Source: a virus
Lineage: Duplodnaviria > Caudoviricetes
Strand: one strand, 5' to 3'
Virus record (IMG/VR): IMGVR_UViG_3300003324_000282
Location: 1 to 55,920 of that record
DNA: 55,920 nt
Shown: one piece after another, positions 43,347 through 51,850 of the stretch
Numbering within the stretch: position 1 is the stretch's first letter
Layout of the letters: every line of letters begins with the position of its first letter
Translations under genes and position numbers: made by a program
The notes under the pieces: model-generated
Databases searched by the model: none
Seen by the model: only the letters and a program-made list of their open reading frames with translations
Told to the model about the DNA's origin: nothing

Positions 43347-43378
43347 CGCAAGATATACAGGGGTTATTATGAGACCCC
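43346..43378 (+). promoter_or_regulatory. Phage promoter motif P9
   Basis: TCGCA-agata-TAC-aggggt-TATTAT-GAGACCCC. Confidence 0.8.
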
Positions 43379-43395
43379 TATTGAAAGGATTGAGA

Positions 43396-43581
43396 ATGAC
43401 GCCTATCGAAATTCAAGATCTGCTAACGGAAGTATCGAAGAATGTCCAAGATATCGGAAGAAAAATTGGTTCGCCTAAAAACGATCCAGATGATCTTCAG
43501 AAACTTGCTGACGCACTACGATTCTCCGCGCAGACCGTTGAAGTCGTAAAGGTCGCATTACTCGAGTATTATGAACAGTGA
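43396..43581 (+). CDS. Cassette-encoded small helical protein
   Basis: Own promoter, RBS GAAAGGA and terminator. Confidence 0.75.
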   Translation: MTPIEIQDLLTEVSKNVQDIGRKIGSPKNDPDDLQKLADALRFSAQTVEVVKVALLEYYEQ

Positions 43582-43586
43582 TCTCG

Positions 43587-43620
43587 AAAGCCAGAGGCCC
43601 TTACAAGGCTTCTGGTTTTT
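43587..43620 (+). terminator. Intrinsic terminator
   Basis: AAAGCCAGAGGCC-cttacaa-GGCTTCTGGTTTT-T. Confidence 0.8.
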
Positions 43621-43648
43621 AATTTTTGGTATCTAGAAAGGATCTGAA

Positions 43649-43879
43649 ATGCAACCGGCATTTACCACAACTCCTCTAGCTGAGGACATGGTTATTGAAG
43701 ATGATCACGGAGATCACGCTCTTGATAACAAGTGGCTTAAAGGCAACTATTGTCTCGGCATCCTTATTCTTTGTGTTAGTTGTGAGTGGACCGGTCATTT
43801 CTGTGACGGATCAACCGATCATTTCTTCAACCACAAATGTAAGCTTCGGACCCAATCTATATCTGAGAAGGATCTCTAA
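43649..43879 (+). CDS. Cys/His-rich hypothetical protein
   Basis: RBS GAAAGGA; CVSC..HFC..H...H.C. Confidence 0.65.
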   Translation: MQPAFTTTPLAEDMVIEDDHGDHALDNKWLKGNYCLGILILCVSCEWTGHFCDGSTDHFFNHKCKLRTQSISEKDL

Positions 43880-44176
43880 ATGAAGAACTACGACAGTATG
43901 AATTTGTCTGAGCTGTATGACGCTTGGATTGAGAACTGGAAGGTATTTCGTACCGGTCTTCGTGAGCTATTTGGTAACGAACCAGTTCCGGATCCTCGAG
44001 AGATGGCGGATATGATGGCTGAAATGCCCATTCATGTTTGGATCCGACTGTTTGAAAGTGAGACTGCTTCTGAAGAGATCCGTAAAAAAATGGACATCAA
44101 CAAGCTTATGGCCGAGATCCAGCTAGAGAATGCCGCAATTCTTGCCACGGCGTTGACTAAAGGCGTTCAAACATGA
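43880..44176 (+). CDS. Hypothetical protein
   Basis: RBS GAAGGA; in operon. Confidence 0.7.
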   Translation: MKNYDSMNLSELYDAWIENWKVFRTGLRELFGNEPVPDPREMADMMAEMPIHVWIRLFESETASEEIRKKMDINKLMAEIQLENAAILATALTKGVQT

Positions 44177-44475
44177 AAGATTGGTTGAAGTATAGAGTGT
44201 GGAAACTATTTGCTCTTGATCCTCATATTTTCATCTGGAAATTCTTTGGTCGGCGATTTTTCAAAATAACCGAGAAAACCGTTCTTGATGATGAATATGA
44301 CTACATGGCTGAAGATGATCGAATCGACATGAAGAGTTGGGCCTCAGAACACGGTGATAAGTACTTTAAGTACTACTACAAGCTGTTTAAAAAACGACGA
44401 AACTGGTATATACGTCACGGTTTCTTCGAGTTGGCAGATGATATTCAGACCGCAATATGGGTGCGTGGTAAATGA
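44173..44475 (+). CDS. Hypothetical protein
   Basis: ATGA overlap. Confidence 0.65.
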   Translation: MKDWLKYRVWKLFALDPHIFIWKFFGRRFFKITEKTVLDDEYDYMAEDDRIDMKSWASEHGDKYFKYYYKLFKKRRNWYIRHGFFELADDIQTAIWVRGK

Positions 44476-44660
44476 ATACCATCATTTTCTCTATCACATT
44501 ACAAGAAGGAACCTCTCTTGAAGACAGTCAGCGAATTCGAGAAGAAACACTTGTTGTTCTTCGCAGACAAATGAAATGGCAAAGTCAAGATGGAGCTGTT
44601 ATTGGCAGCTCACTCGAGATTGATTCGGAGACCGATGACCTTAAGAGCACGGGGGCCTAG
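44472..44660 (+). CDS. Hypothetical protein
   Basis: ATGA overlap. Confidence 0.6.
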   Translation: MNTIIFSITLQEGTSLEDSQRIREETLVVLRRQMKWQSQDGAVIGSSLEIDSETDDLKSTGA

Positions 44661-44934
44661 CTACGAACGAGAAGAGAGTCTGCAAGATCCTCTAAATCCA
44701 CAACATGAGTTGATGGTAACTGCAGTAACTGGTACGAACGGAAAGAAATTTAAAGTTCGGTGCAAATGTATGGCTGAGTACAAAAATATTGATACGACTA
44801 GATATTACAACTTCGATTATATTAAAATAGTAGATAATTTCAAAGAAGCAAATCGTATTTATGAAAATCATCTTCGAGTTTCAGCCATCTTGGTAGCAGT
44901 TGCTAAGTTCTATCATCAACAGAGAGGGAAATGA
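44635..44934 (+). CDS. Hypothetical protein
   Basis: GGAG before ATG 44635; start uncertain. Confidence 0.6.
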   Translation: MTLRARGPSYEREESLQDPLNPQHELMVTAVTGTNGKKFKVRCKCMAEYKNIDTTRYYNFDYIKIVDNFKEANRIYENHLRVSAILVAVAKFYHQQRGK

Positions 44935-45074
44935 TGCCACATATTTCAAACTCAATTCCTCGTGGATGTCCAAATTGTAACAATGAGCAGCTTGGTTTGT
45001 ACAAACTGACTGTGACCTGTCTACGTTGTGGGTGGAGTAGAGTTCTTATTCCTAAACGTAAAGAAAAGAGATAA
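44931..45074 (+). CDS. Zinc-ribbon mini-protein (not in ORF track)
   Basis: ATGA overlap; CPNC..CLRCGW. Confidence 0.6.
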   Translation: MMPHISNSIPRGCPNCNNEQLGLYKLTVTCLRCGWSRVLIPKRKEKR

Positions 45075-45075
45075 T

Positions 45076-45300
45076 ATGTTTGATTGGTTATTTTGGCTTG
45101 TTCCATCCTTTCATGATGCTACTCTTGGTATAGCAGCTATTCTAGGTTGGAAAACTGGTGAATGGCTAGTTAGACGTAGAAGAATGCCATATCGATGGAA
45201 GTGTCCACAATGTGATTTCAAAATTCAGTCTAGCACTCGAGATGTGTACGAGATCAGCAAGTCCAGTCATAACCATATTTCAACCAAGGAGTACAAGTAA
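45076..45300 (+). CDS. TM plus C2H2-like zinc finger protein
   Basis: N-terminal hydrophobic segment; CPQC..H.H. Confidence 0.6.
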   Translation: MFDWLFWLVPSFHDATLGIAAILGWKTGEWLVRRRRMPYRWKCPQCDFKIQSSTRDVYEISKSSHNHISTKEYK

Positions 45301-45548
45301 TGTTTGTTGCTGTTCCGTATAAGAGTCAAGAAGAGATCGTTTATATCAACCTCGATAACGTAGCAATGGCACAGCCTAGGTTCGCCCGTACTGGTGGGCC
45401 TGGTGAGCGTAAAGGTAAGACCTATACCTCGTTTCTACTTATCAGTTATGTTGGTACTTCGGCGGTGCTGGAGACACTACTGGAGTGGAGCGAATTCATG
45501 GAGATTGCTGCACCACATGAGTCTAAGTGGGATCCAAAGGCACTCTAA
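45300..45548 (+). CDS. Hypothetical protein
   Basis: RBS AAGGAG; TAATG coupling. Confidence 0.65.
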   Translation: MFVAVPYKSQEEIVYINLDNVAMAQPRFARTGGPGERKGKTYTSFLLISYVGTSAVLETLLEWSEFMEIAAPHESKWDPKAL

Positions 45549-45721
45549 TGCTTATATTTCTGGTAATCATTGAGTTCCTCTTTGCAGTATTTGCTTTGAT
45601 TAGTTTTTTAACTTGGTCCTTCTCAAAAGATAGACCTTTTATCGGTGTGTTTGGCTATATTCTAATTTCCATTATCGGTGCTGTTGTCATCATGGAAACA
45701 GTTGACATACTGACAGGATGA
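45548..45721 (+). CDS. Two-TM membrane protein
   Basis: TAATG coupling; hydrophobic. Confidence 0.65.
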   Translation: MLIFLVIIEFLFAVFALISFLTWSFSKDRPFIGVFGYILISIIGAVVIMETVDILTG

Positions 45722-45924
45722 TCATGGAAGGTATCACTGCTAAGAACGTCATAATCGATGAAGTTACAGCAATGCGACAGAAAAAATGTGCGCAACGTCC
45801 ACAAGGACATACATTCACTCAAGATTATTTTGGAGTATGCAGTAACTGTTTGCTTAAAATTACCCCGGAGGAAGCAGCGAAGATTAACTCTAACCATAAG
45901 AGCCAATATGAGGAAGACCAATGA
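45718..45924 (+). CDS. Cys/His hypothetical protein
   Basis: ATGA overlap; C..H..CSNC. Confidence 0.6.
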   Translation: MIMEGITAKNVIIDEVTAMRQKKCAQRPQGHTFTQDYFGVCSNCLLKITPEEAAKINSNHKSQYEEDQ

Positions 45925-45946
45925 TATGTCGTCTTAAAGCAATGGG

Positions 45947-46210
45947 GTGGTAGAGATAATGAAAAACAAACTTAAGTGGTGGCGATATCTAGTTTACAAA
46001 TGGTGGCACAGCACATTACCACTTTGGGTAGCAAACAAGATGCCGAAAAAGATTGTCTATTGGTGTGCTATCCGAGTCGGTGTCAACGCAACCACAAAAG
46101 TCTACGAAAATCAAGTAGTTGCGGAACTTCTGGTCATGGATGCTCTGAAGCGATGGGAAATTTTATATGGGCAAAAACAGTCCAAGCGCAAAACTTCATC
46201 GAGCGCTTAA
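45947..46210 (+). CDS. Hypothetical Trp-rich protein
   Basis: W.A.KMPK.IVYWCAIRV pattern; start 45947 or 45959. Confidence 0.6.
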   Translation: MVEIMKNKLKWWRYLVYKWWHSTLPLWVANKMPKKIVYWCAIRVGVNATTKVYENQVVAELLVMDALKRWEILYGQKQSKRKTSSSA

Positions 46211-46340
46211 AACTTTGGCACATATTGCTCAGTACAAAAAATATGGACCGTTAATTGGACCAAAAGAAAAGCATCAACCAAATCCTAGGTGGGATACAAC
46301 ACGGAGGATTGATGGAGGAAAAAGAATACCCCACTCCTAA
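46167..46340 (+). CDS. Possible small basic protein (not in ORF track)
   Basis: 57-aa ORF filling the gap; weak RBS; overlaps both neighbours. Confidence 0.35.
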   Translation: MGKNSPSAKLHRALKTLAHIAQYKKYGPLIGPKEKHQPNPRWDTTRRIDGGKRIPHS

Positions 46341-46473
46341 ACAAATCGATGAACTGCGTAAGATCTGGAAAGATCCGGGGGTTATACCGGCGTATCATAT
46401 TGCTCAGAAAAATCTGCTCAAGAAACGCTGGCCATTGTTGTGGAACTGGTTGAACCGAAATTTTGGAGAGTGA
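46312..46473 (+). CDS. Hypothetical protein
   Basis: RBS GGAGG; W.DPG..P.YH....L...WP.L pattern. Confidence 0.6.
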   Translation: MEEKEYPTPKQIDELRKIWKDPGVIPAYHIAQKNLLKKRWPLLWNWLNRNFGE

Positions 46474-46476
46474 GTT

Positions 46477-46623
46477 ATGACTGTGGTACCAGGTGAAGCC
46501 TGTCCAGAGTGTAAGAACGTGAATGTTGTTCATGAGGAGGACTTCAGTTGGTGTCGCAACTGTGGTTGGACCTCAGACGGGGGCGAAGTTCCTACTCCGG
46601 GACTTAAGAACAAAGGACGTTAA
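46477..46623 (+). CDS. Zinc-ribbon mini-protein (not in ORF track)
   Basis: GGAG RBS; CPEC..CRNCGW. Confidence 0.65.
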   Translation: MTVVPGEACPECKNVNVVHEEDFSWCRNCGWTSDGGEVPTPGLKNKGR

Positions 46624-46796
46624 TGCCACGACAAGAGACGATGCGAGTTCCACCAACCACTAAAGAAAGTATGGACATTTTGGTTCAGGAGACTTGTAAA
46701 AAAACAAAGATGACAGATCAAATGGTACGAGAGCTGTTTAATACTGGCTGGAAGTATCATGAAGCAAATGGTCAAATCATGTGGATCAAAGCTTAG
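46623..46796 (+). CDS. Hypothetical protein (not in ORF track)
   Basis: AAAGGA RBS; TAATG coupling. Confidence 0.55.
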   Translation: MPRQETMRVPPTTKESMDILVQETCKKTKMTDQMVRELFNTGWKYHEANGQIMWIKA

Positions 46797-46804
46797 GGGA
46801 CTTA

Positions 46805-47536
46805 ATGACTGAAATCACTTTCAAGACAACGCCCGAGGTCACGCTTGTTGATTATCATGGTAGTGATGCGTCAATCGTGGCCGCAGCTCGAGTATCGGTC
46901 GCCGGCGGTGAAGAAGCTCAGTACCTGGAGCATTTGAATGTTGCTAAGACCAAGGAATACCGCGGTCTAATCAACTATCTGATGACTCATCGTCACGGTA
47001 CACCGTTCGAGCACAATAGCATAACTTTCCGAGTTGCTGCTCCGATCTTCGTATTTCGTGAGTGGCATCGTCACCGGGTTCCGTGGTCTTACAACGAAGA
47101 GTCAGGACGTTACAAGCAGCTTGACCCAGTCTTCCATATTCCAGGTCCAGCGCGTCCTCTCATCAATGTTGGGACAAGTGCTCGACCGCAGATGGTTCCT
47201 GGCTCTTTCGAGCAGTGGGAAAAGCTCAGGGCAGAGATGGAAGAGCACTACATTCTTGCTTATCGTTCCTATGAACGGTCTCTTGCTGCAGGCATTACTA
47301 AAGAAGTTGCTCGCGAAGTTCTTCCAGTAGGAATCTTCTCCACAATGTATGCCACTGCAAACCTCCGGGGAATTCTGCACTTCTTGAGTTTGCGTATTCA
47401 TGACCCAGAGGCCAAGTTTGTTTCATATCCGCAGTACGAGATTCAACAGGCTGCACAGCAAGTCGAGAATATTGTTAAGAAATTGTTTCCCATCGCATAT
47501 TCCTGTTACATCGATAACGGACGGGTTGCTCCATGA
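46805..47536 (+). CDS. thyX: Flavin-dependent thymidylate synthase
   Basis: AARVS, HGTPFEH, REWHRHR..SYNEESGRY signature, E.AR..LP. Confidence 0.95.
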   Translation: MTEITFKTTPEVTLVDYHGSDASIVAAARVSVAGGEEAQYLEHLNVAKTKEYRGLINYLMTHRHGTPFEHNSITFRVAAPIFVFREWHRHRVPWSYNEESGRYKQLDPVFHIPGPARPLINVGTSARPQMVPGSFEQWEKLRAEMEEHYILAYRSYERSLAAGITKEVAREVLPVGIFSTMYATANLRGILHFLSLRIHDPEAKFVSYPQYEIQQAAQQVENIVKKLFPIAYSCYIDNGRVAP

Positions 47537-47763
47537 ACGATGCGGTCAATCATCCATCTCACTATGGTGGCGAAGACAATCCATACGAGGCAATCAAAGT
47601 TATTGAAGCATGGGATCTTGATTTCTGTCTTGGTAACACAGTCAAGTACATTTCTCGAGCTGGTAAGAAAGATCGCACAAAAGAGCTAGAAGATCTGAAG
47701 AAAGCGCGATGGTATCTCGATCGAGAAATTCAACGATTGGAATCTAATGGATCAACAGTATAG
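47533..47763 (+). CDS. DUF3310 (T7 gp1.7/SaV-like) protein
   Basis: D.VNHPSHY..E.I..I..F.LGN..KY..RAG.K..EDL.KA.WYL. Confidence 0.9.
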   Translation: MNDAVNHPSHYGGEDNPYEAIKVIEAWDLDFCLGNTVKYISRAGKKDRTKELEDLKKARWYLDREIQRLESNGSTV

Positions 47764-47866
47764 TGAATGTACTAACTGTGGTAAGACCGATGCTGAATGC
47801 TGTGCTGAGTTCGCTACTTATGGTAAAAATTGCTGTATGAAATGTAATCATATTCCTCTTCCATAA
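47747..47866 (+). CDS. 39-aa Cys-rich mini-protein (not in ORF track)
   Basis: CTNC..CC..CC..C.H (7 Cys). Confidence 0.5.
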   Translation: MDQQYSECTNCGKTDAECCAEFATYGKNCCMKCNHIPLP

Positions 47867-47875
47867 GGACTAGAT

Positions 47876-48214
47876 ATGTGGGATAGAAAATGCCCAAAGT
47901 GTAAATCAGACAACTGGTCTGTAGTCGGCAGTAGTAACTGTATCTGCGACAACTGTAACTACCACTGGATTGTAACCGCAGCCAACCATTTGTTCCCTGA
48001 GCGTGTCAAGAATCCTCGAGAAGATGTGCTGATGACCAGTGGTGAAGTGGCTAAAATATTCCGCGTTGATCCTAAGACCGTGTCGCGATGGGCCAAACAA
48101 GGTCGGTTGCAATCAGTGAAAACACCAGGCGGACATCGCAGATTTTTGCGGACCGAAGTAACCAAATTGCTGAACACCTCGTTTCAGCCTAACAGCAAGG
48201 ATAGCAATGATTAA
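47876..48214 (+). CDS. bldC: Zinc-ribbon fused to BldC-like MerR-type winged HTH
   Basis: N-terminal CPKC..C.CDNC; C-terminal LMTSGEVAKIFRVDPKTVSRWAKQGRLQSVKTPGGHRRF closely matches Streptomyces BldC as I recall it. Confidence 0.85.
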   Translation: MWDRKCPKCKSDNWSVVGSSNCICDNCNYHWIVTAANHLFPERVKNPREDVLMTSGEVAKIFRVDPKTVSRWAKQGRLQSVKTPGGHRRFLRTEVTKLLNTSFQPNSKDSND

Positions 48215-48440
48215 ACTTGGTGAGATCGAGTTCGACAGCTATGATACTGGTCCGGGAAAACTGGAGCTTATTTCTGAGGGAGAGTTTCTCTGGATCAGAA
48301 TTCATAAGCTTGGTCCTGAACAAAAAGAAGAATCTACTCGTCCAATGGAGAAGCGAGACCCAGAACGATGGAAGACATTTCAGCTTAGCAACCGCACACT
48401 AAAGTTCTTCAGCCAGTGGAATGACAAGTATATCCGATGA
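48207..48440 (+). CDS. Hypothetical protein
   Basis: RBS AAGGA; overlap with upstream gene. Confidence 0.65.
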   Translation: MIKLGEIEFDSYDTGPGKLELISEGEFLWIRIHKLGPEQKEESTRPMEKRDPERWKTFQLSNRTLKFFSQWNDKYIR

Positions 48441-48685
48441 GAGACTACGAGCGGCTTCGAGAACGAGACTTAAGAGATATGGAGGACATGGCTTATAAAA
48501 ACCGTAATCCTCTCCACCACAGTACAGGCATCCCACTCTGTGAACATCCACGTGATTGTAAACTGTGTACAAATGCAGCTAGACTAGCGATTCAGCATTA
48601 TCGCCCAATTCTAGAACGACGTGTTGTCGAACATATCATGTCTGAGTATGACGTTCGCTGCGAATTTCCACATGGAGGAGATTAG
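48437..48685 (+). CDS. Cys/His hypothetical protein
   Basis: ATGA overlap; CEH..DC..C. Confidence 0.6.
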   Translation: MRDYERLRERDLRDMEDMAYKNRNPLHHSTGIPLCEHPRDCKLCTNAARLAIQHYRPILERRVVEHIMSEYDVRCEFPHGGD

Positions 48686-48931
48686 ATGGGACTAAAGGAA
48701 AACCAACAGCTAGCTGAACAATACCCAATTCTCGAGTACTTCAAGTACAACCATCTTCATCCGGCATTGAAAGAGGTGTCAGCACCATTTTGCACCTTGG
48801 CTTGGAAACTGGCACGTAAGCTACCCAGGAATGCAGAGACATCGGTGTCGTTACGAAAGTTACTGGAGTCTAAGGACGCTGCGGTAAGAGCTGCTATTGA
48901 TATCCAGCTGGAAACAGAAAGAATGGTTTGA
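48686..48931 (+). CDS. Acb2/Tad1-like helical-hairpin protein (candidate signal sponge)
   Basis: RBS GGAGGAG; F.Y.HL...L..VS.PF..LA..L...LP...E....LRKLLE.KDAAVRA. Confidence 0.55.
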   Translation: MGLKENQQLAEQYPILEYFKYNHLHPALKEVSAPFCTLAWKLARKLPRNAETSVSLRKLLESKDAAVRAAIDIQLETERMV

Positions 48932-48932
48932 T

Positions 48933-49148
48933 GTGAAACCTAGATGGTATCATCGATATTCGGTAGTAGCAATTTTAAAACTACCAAATGGTCAAGATAA
49001 GTTCTTCGAGTACCAGCCACGATATTTCGTTCTACGATCAAATGCTGTTTTGTTTCAAGCGATGTTGTACAGCGATTTTGGTCCGGAACAAGTACGAGTA
49101 CGACTTGAGAAACTTCGTGGTCGACATTATATGACAGAAATGGGATAA
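48933..49148 (+). CDS. Hypothetical protein
   Basis: Fills gap; start uncertain. Confidence 0.55.
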   Translation: MKPRWYHRYSVVAILKLPNGQDKFFEYQPRYFVLRSNAVLFQAMLYSDFGPEQVRVRLEKLRGRHYMTEMG

Positions 49149-49151
49149 CAA

Positions 49152-50345
49152 ATGTTAGAATTAGCCCCCCATCAGGAGAAAGTCGTGCCTCAACTACGCA
49201 ACGGCTCCATCCTCTGGGGCGGTGTAGGGACGGGTAAAAGTCGTGTTGCAGTTGCTTATTACTTAACTAAGGAGGCGCCTAGAGATGTCTACGTCATTAC
49301 CACCGCAAAGAAACGGGACTCACTCGACTGGGACAAAGAGTTTGTGGCAGCCAATGTCGGTACAAGATCAGATTCGACATTTCATGGAACGCTCACTGTT
49401 GACAGCTGGAATAATATCTCCAAGTACAACAACATTTACGGAGCATTCTTCATCTTTGATGAGCAACGACTTGTCGGCAGCGGCGCATGGGTTAAGTCAT
49501 TCCTCAAGATTGCGAAACGAAATCATTGGATATTGCTCAGTGCCACCCCTGGTGATACTTGGCTCGACTACGTTCCTGTGTTTATTGCTAATGGATTCTA
49601 TCAGAACCGTACTGAGTTCAAACGTGAGCACGTCATTTACAACCCGTATTCGAAATTTCCGAAGGTCGACCGATATGTCGGAACCGGACGTCTTCTAAAA
49701 CAGCGAGATCAGATCCTAGTAGAGATGCCCTACCTTCGACACACGGTAAGAAAGACACACTATATAGATGCTAAGTACGACGAAGATGCGCTTCGCAAGG
49801 TCACACTTGGTAGATGGAATGTCTTTGAGGAGCAGCCTCTGAGAAGCCCGGCTGAGCTTGTATCCGTGGCTAGGAGAGTAGTTAACAGCGATCCTTCTCG
49901 GCTATCTGCTATCCGTGTATTAATGAAGGACCATCCCCGTTTGATTATATTCTATAACTTTGATTACGAATTAGATATTTTGCGGGGGCTGGCGGCGGAC
50001 GTGCCGCTAGCTGAATGGAATGGGCATAAGCACGAACCGATCCCAAATGAACCAAAATGGGTATATTTAGTCCAGTATGTCGCTGGTGCAGAATCTTGGA
50101 ATTGTACGGACACAGACACGACAATTTTCTACAGTTTGACTTACTCTTATCGAAACTGGCACCAAGCTCACGGACGAATTGACCGGTTGAATACACCCTT
50201 TTCGATCTTGTATTATTACGTTATTCGCTCAAAATCCAAAATTGACATGGCAATCTTGGCAAGCTTAAAGGCAAAGAAAAGCTTTAATGAAAGGGACATT
50301 TACGCTCAACTTGGTATAGATACCGGACATTTTGACGAATTCTAA
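49152..50345 (+). CDS. Superfamily 2 DNA helicase
   Basis: [29 protein letters not shown] motifs. Confidence 0.9.
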   Translation: MLELAPHQEKVVPQLRNGSILWGGVGTGKSRVAVAYYLTKEAPRDVYVITTAKKRDSLDWDKEFVAANVGTRSDSTFHGTLTVDSWNNISKYNNIYGAFFIFDEQRLVGSGAWVKSFLKIAKRNHWILLSATPGDTWLDYVPVFIANGFYQNRTEFKREHVIYNPYSKFPKVDRYVGTGRLLKQRDQILVEMPYLRHTVRKTHYIDAKYDEDALRKVTLGRWNVFEEQPLRSPAELVSVARRVVNSDPSRLSAIRVLMKDHPRLIIFYNFDYELDILRGLAADVPLAEWNGHKHEPIPNEPKWVYLVQYVAGAESWNCTDTDTTIFYSLTYSYRNWHQAHGRIDRLNTPFSILYYYVIRSKSKIDMAILASLKAKKSFNERDIYAQLGIDTGHFDEF

Positions 50346-50351
50346 GCTAAA

Positions 50352-50473
50352 TGATCTTGCCAAAAAAAACCTTAAAACCTTTCTCTACGCGGACCACTTA
50401 GGTATCTATATCTAGTAGATACCATGTATAGAATTCTATAGACTTTGTTTGACAAAAAATCTTGGCAAGATCA
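50352..50473. other. Nested inverted-repeat element, candidate replication origin
   Basis: 12-bp IR TGATCTTGCCAA/TTGGCAAGATCA enclosing GGTATCTA/TAGATACC and palindrome TATAGAATTCTATA; AT-rich intergenic gap after helicase. Confidence 0.5.
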
Positions 50474-50489
50474 ACTTCTAAGGAGAATC

Positions 50490-50870
50490 ATGGGAAACCG
50501 CCGAAAGTTAAAATTAGCGTCCTTAAACGGCATGTCGGCACTATCTGGTCCTCAACCGTTGGATCAACCTACCGAGCTTCCCGGACCGGGCGCCATCAAT
50601 GCATACGTATGTAACCGTTGCTACAACCTGACCATTGTTCAGAATGTTGATCGTGGTACAACACCGATGTATATGACTTGTTTGGCTAAGGAAGGCTGTG
50701 AAGGTACGGCCAGGAGCATGAGATACCCTCCAAATCCGCCTCAGAAGGTCATAGACGCAGTAAAATGGGAGTGGTATAGGCCTACCGGCCTGGAATTCGA
50801 AAATCTCTCTCCTGAGATGCGTCAGCGCGTTTTGAATGGTGAGCTGGTGTTGAGAGAGAAATTGAGGTGA
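50490..50870 (+). CDS. Zinc-binding hypothetical protein
   Basis: RBS TAAGGAG; CNRC..D.GTTP....C....C..S..Y..EWYRP. Confidence 0.7.
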   Translation: MGNRRKLKLASLNGMSALSGPQPLDQPTELPGPGAINAYVCNRCYNLTIVQNVDRGTTPMYMTCLAKEGCEGTARSMRYPPNPPQKVIDAVKWEWYRPTGLEFENLSPEMRQRVLNGELVLREKLR

Positions 50871-50873
50871 GCG

Positions 50874-51365
50874 ATGGATTGGAAACCTATCAAAGAGTTC
50901 CCTGGATATTCAATTAGTAATATGGGTAGAGTAAGAAACGATGATACCGATCGTATTATGGCTTTACAACGTAATCCACATGGTATAGTACATGTGGGGT
51001 TGTGGAAAGACGGTAAGCAATACAAGCGATCCGTGGCAGTTCTTGTTTGTGAAGCTTTCCTCCCTCCTCCTACCCCACCCACCTTCGATACACCAATCCA
51101 TCTAGACGGAGACAAGACTAACTGCCGTATTGATAACTTGATGTGGCGTCCGCGTTGGTTTGCTGTTCGTTATCATCGTCAATTTCACGATAATCGACCA
51201 ATGGGTTTCTCCGGACCTATCAGAGACAAGCGTACGGGAGAAGTGTTTCGTAACTCAATGGAAGCTGCTATGCGATTTGGGTTGTTGGATTGGGATATAT
51301 TCAAATCAACAATTGCTCGTACTTATGTCTGGCCAACCTATCAAGAGTTCAGAGAGGTGAGTTGA
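50874..51365 (+). CDS. NUMOD4-HNH endonuclease-like protein
   Basis: WKPI..FPGYSISN.GRVRN (NUMOD4); LV..AF, HLDGDKTN....NL.W (HNH). Confidence 0.85.
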   Translation: MDWKPIKEFPGYSISNMGRVRNDDTDRIMALQRNPHGIVHVGLWKDGKQYKRSVAVLVCEAFLPPPTPPTFDTPIHLDGDKTNCRIDNLMWRPRWFAVRYHRQFHDNRPMGFSGPIRDKRTGEVFRNSMEAAMRFGLLDWDIFKSTIARTYVWPTYQEFREVS

Positions 51366-51601
51366 TGTCTGCTAAGAGAGAACACATTGTTAAAAAGACT
51401 AAAACTCTTTCATGTGGACATCAACAAACCTTCTCTACTCCAGTTCCTGTTGCAGGAAATATGGTTTGGTGTCGAACATGTAGGATGGATGCAATAATTC
51501 CATCGAGAAAAACTAAAACTGTTGCTCAAGGCCGACCACGTCGTCTCAAGGCAAATCCTCGTTCTAACAATCAATATACGAAAGGTAGAGCTCTATCATG
51601 A
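51365..51601 (+). CDS. Zinc-binding basic hypothetical protein
   Basis: LSCGH..WCRTC; TGATG coupling. Confidence 0.6.
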   Translation: MSAKREHIVKKTKTLSCGHQQTFSTPVPVAGNMVWCRTCRMDAIIPSRKTKTVAQGRPRRLKANPRSNNQYTKGRALS

Positions 51602-51789
51602 TTGAAACCGTGTTTATTTTTGGTCACATCAGCGAGACTGCACAACTGGAGAATGCTCGAAGAAAGGCAAAAAATAACCCCCATGGTCTTTCAAACGTGT
51701 GTTATCACAAGTGGGGTACTAGTCATAACGATAAATGTTACACGTTTGACATCAACGATAAAGGCGACCCAGAAAAAGAGAACACATAG
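51598..51789 (+). CDS. Hypothetical protein
   Basis: ATGA overlap. Confidence 0.55.
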   Translation: MIETVFIFGHISETAQLENARRKAKNNPHGLSNVCYHKWGTSHNDKCYTFDINDKGDPEKENT

Positions 51790-51821
51790 GTTTTATTTTT
51801 TGTGCAATAATAGATACCCAA

Positions 51822-51850
51822 CCGCTGTGAATACGTAGATTATAATGAAG
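51822..51850 (+). promoter_or_regulatory. Variant phage promoter motif P10 upstream of the nuclease-RNAP operon
   Basis: CCGCT-gtgaa-TAC-gtagat-TATAAT-GAAG, same spacing as P1-P9. Confidence 0.65.
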
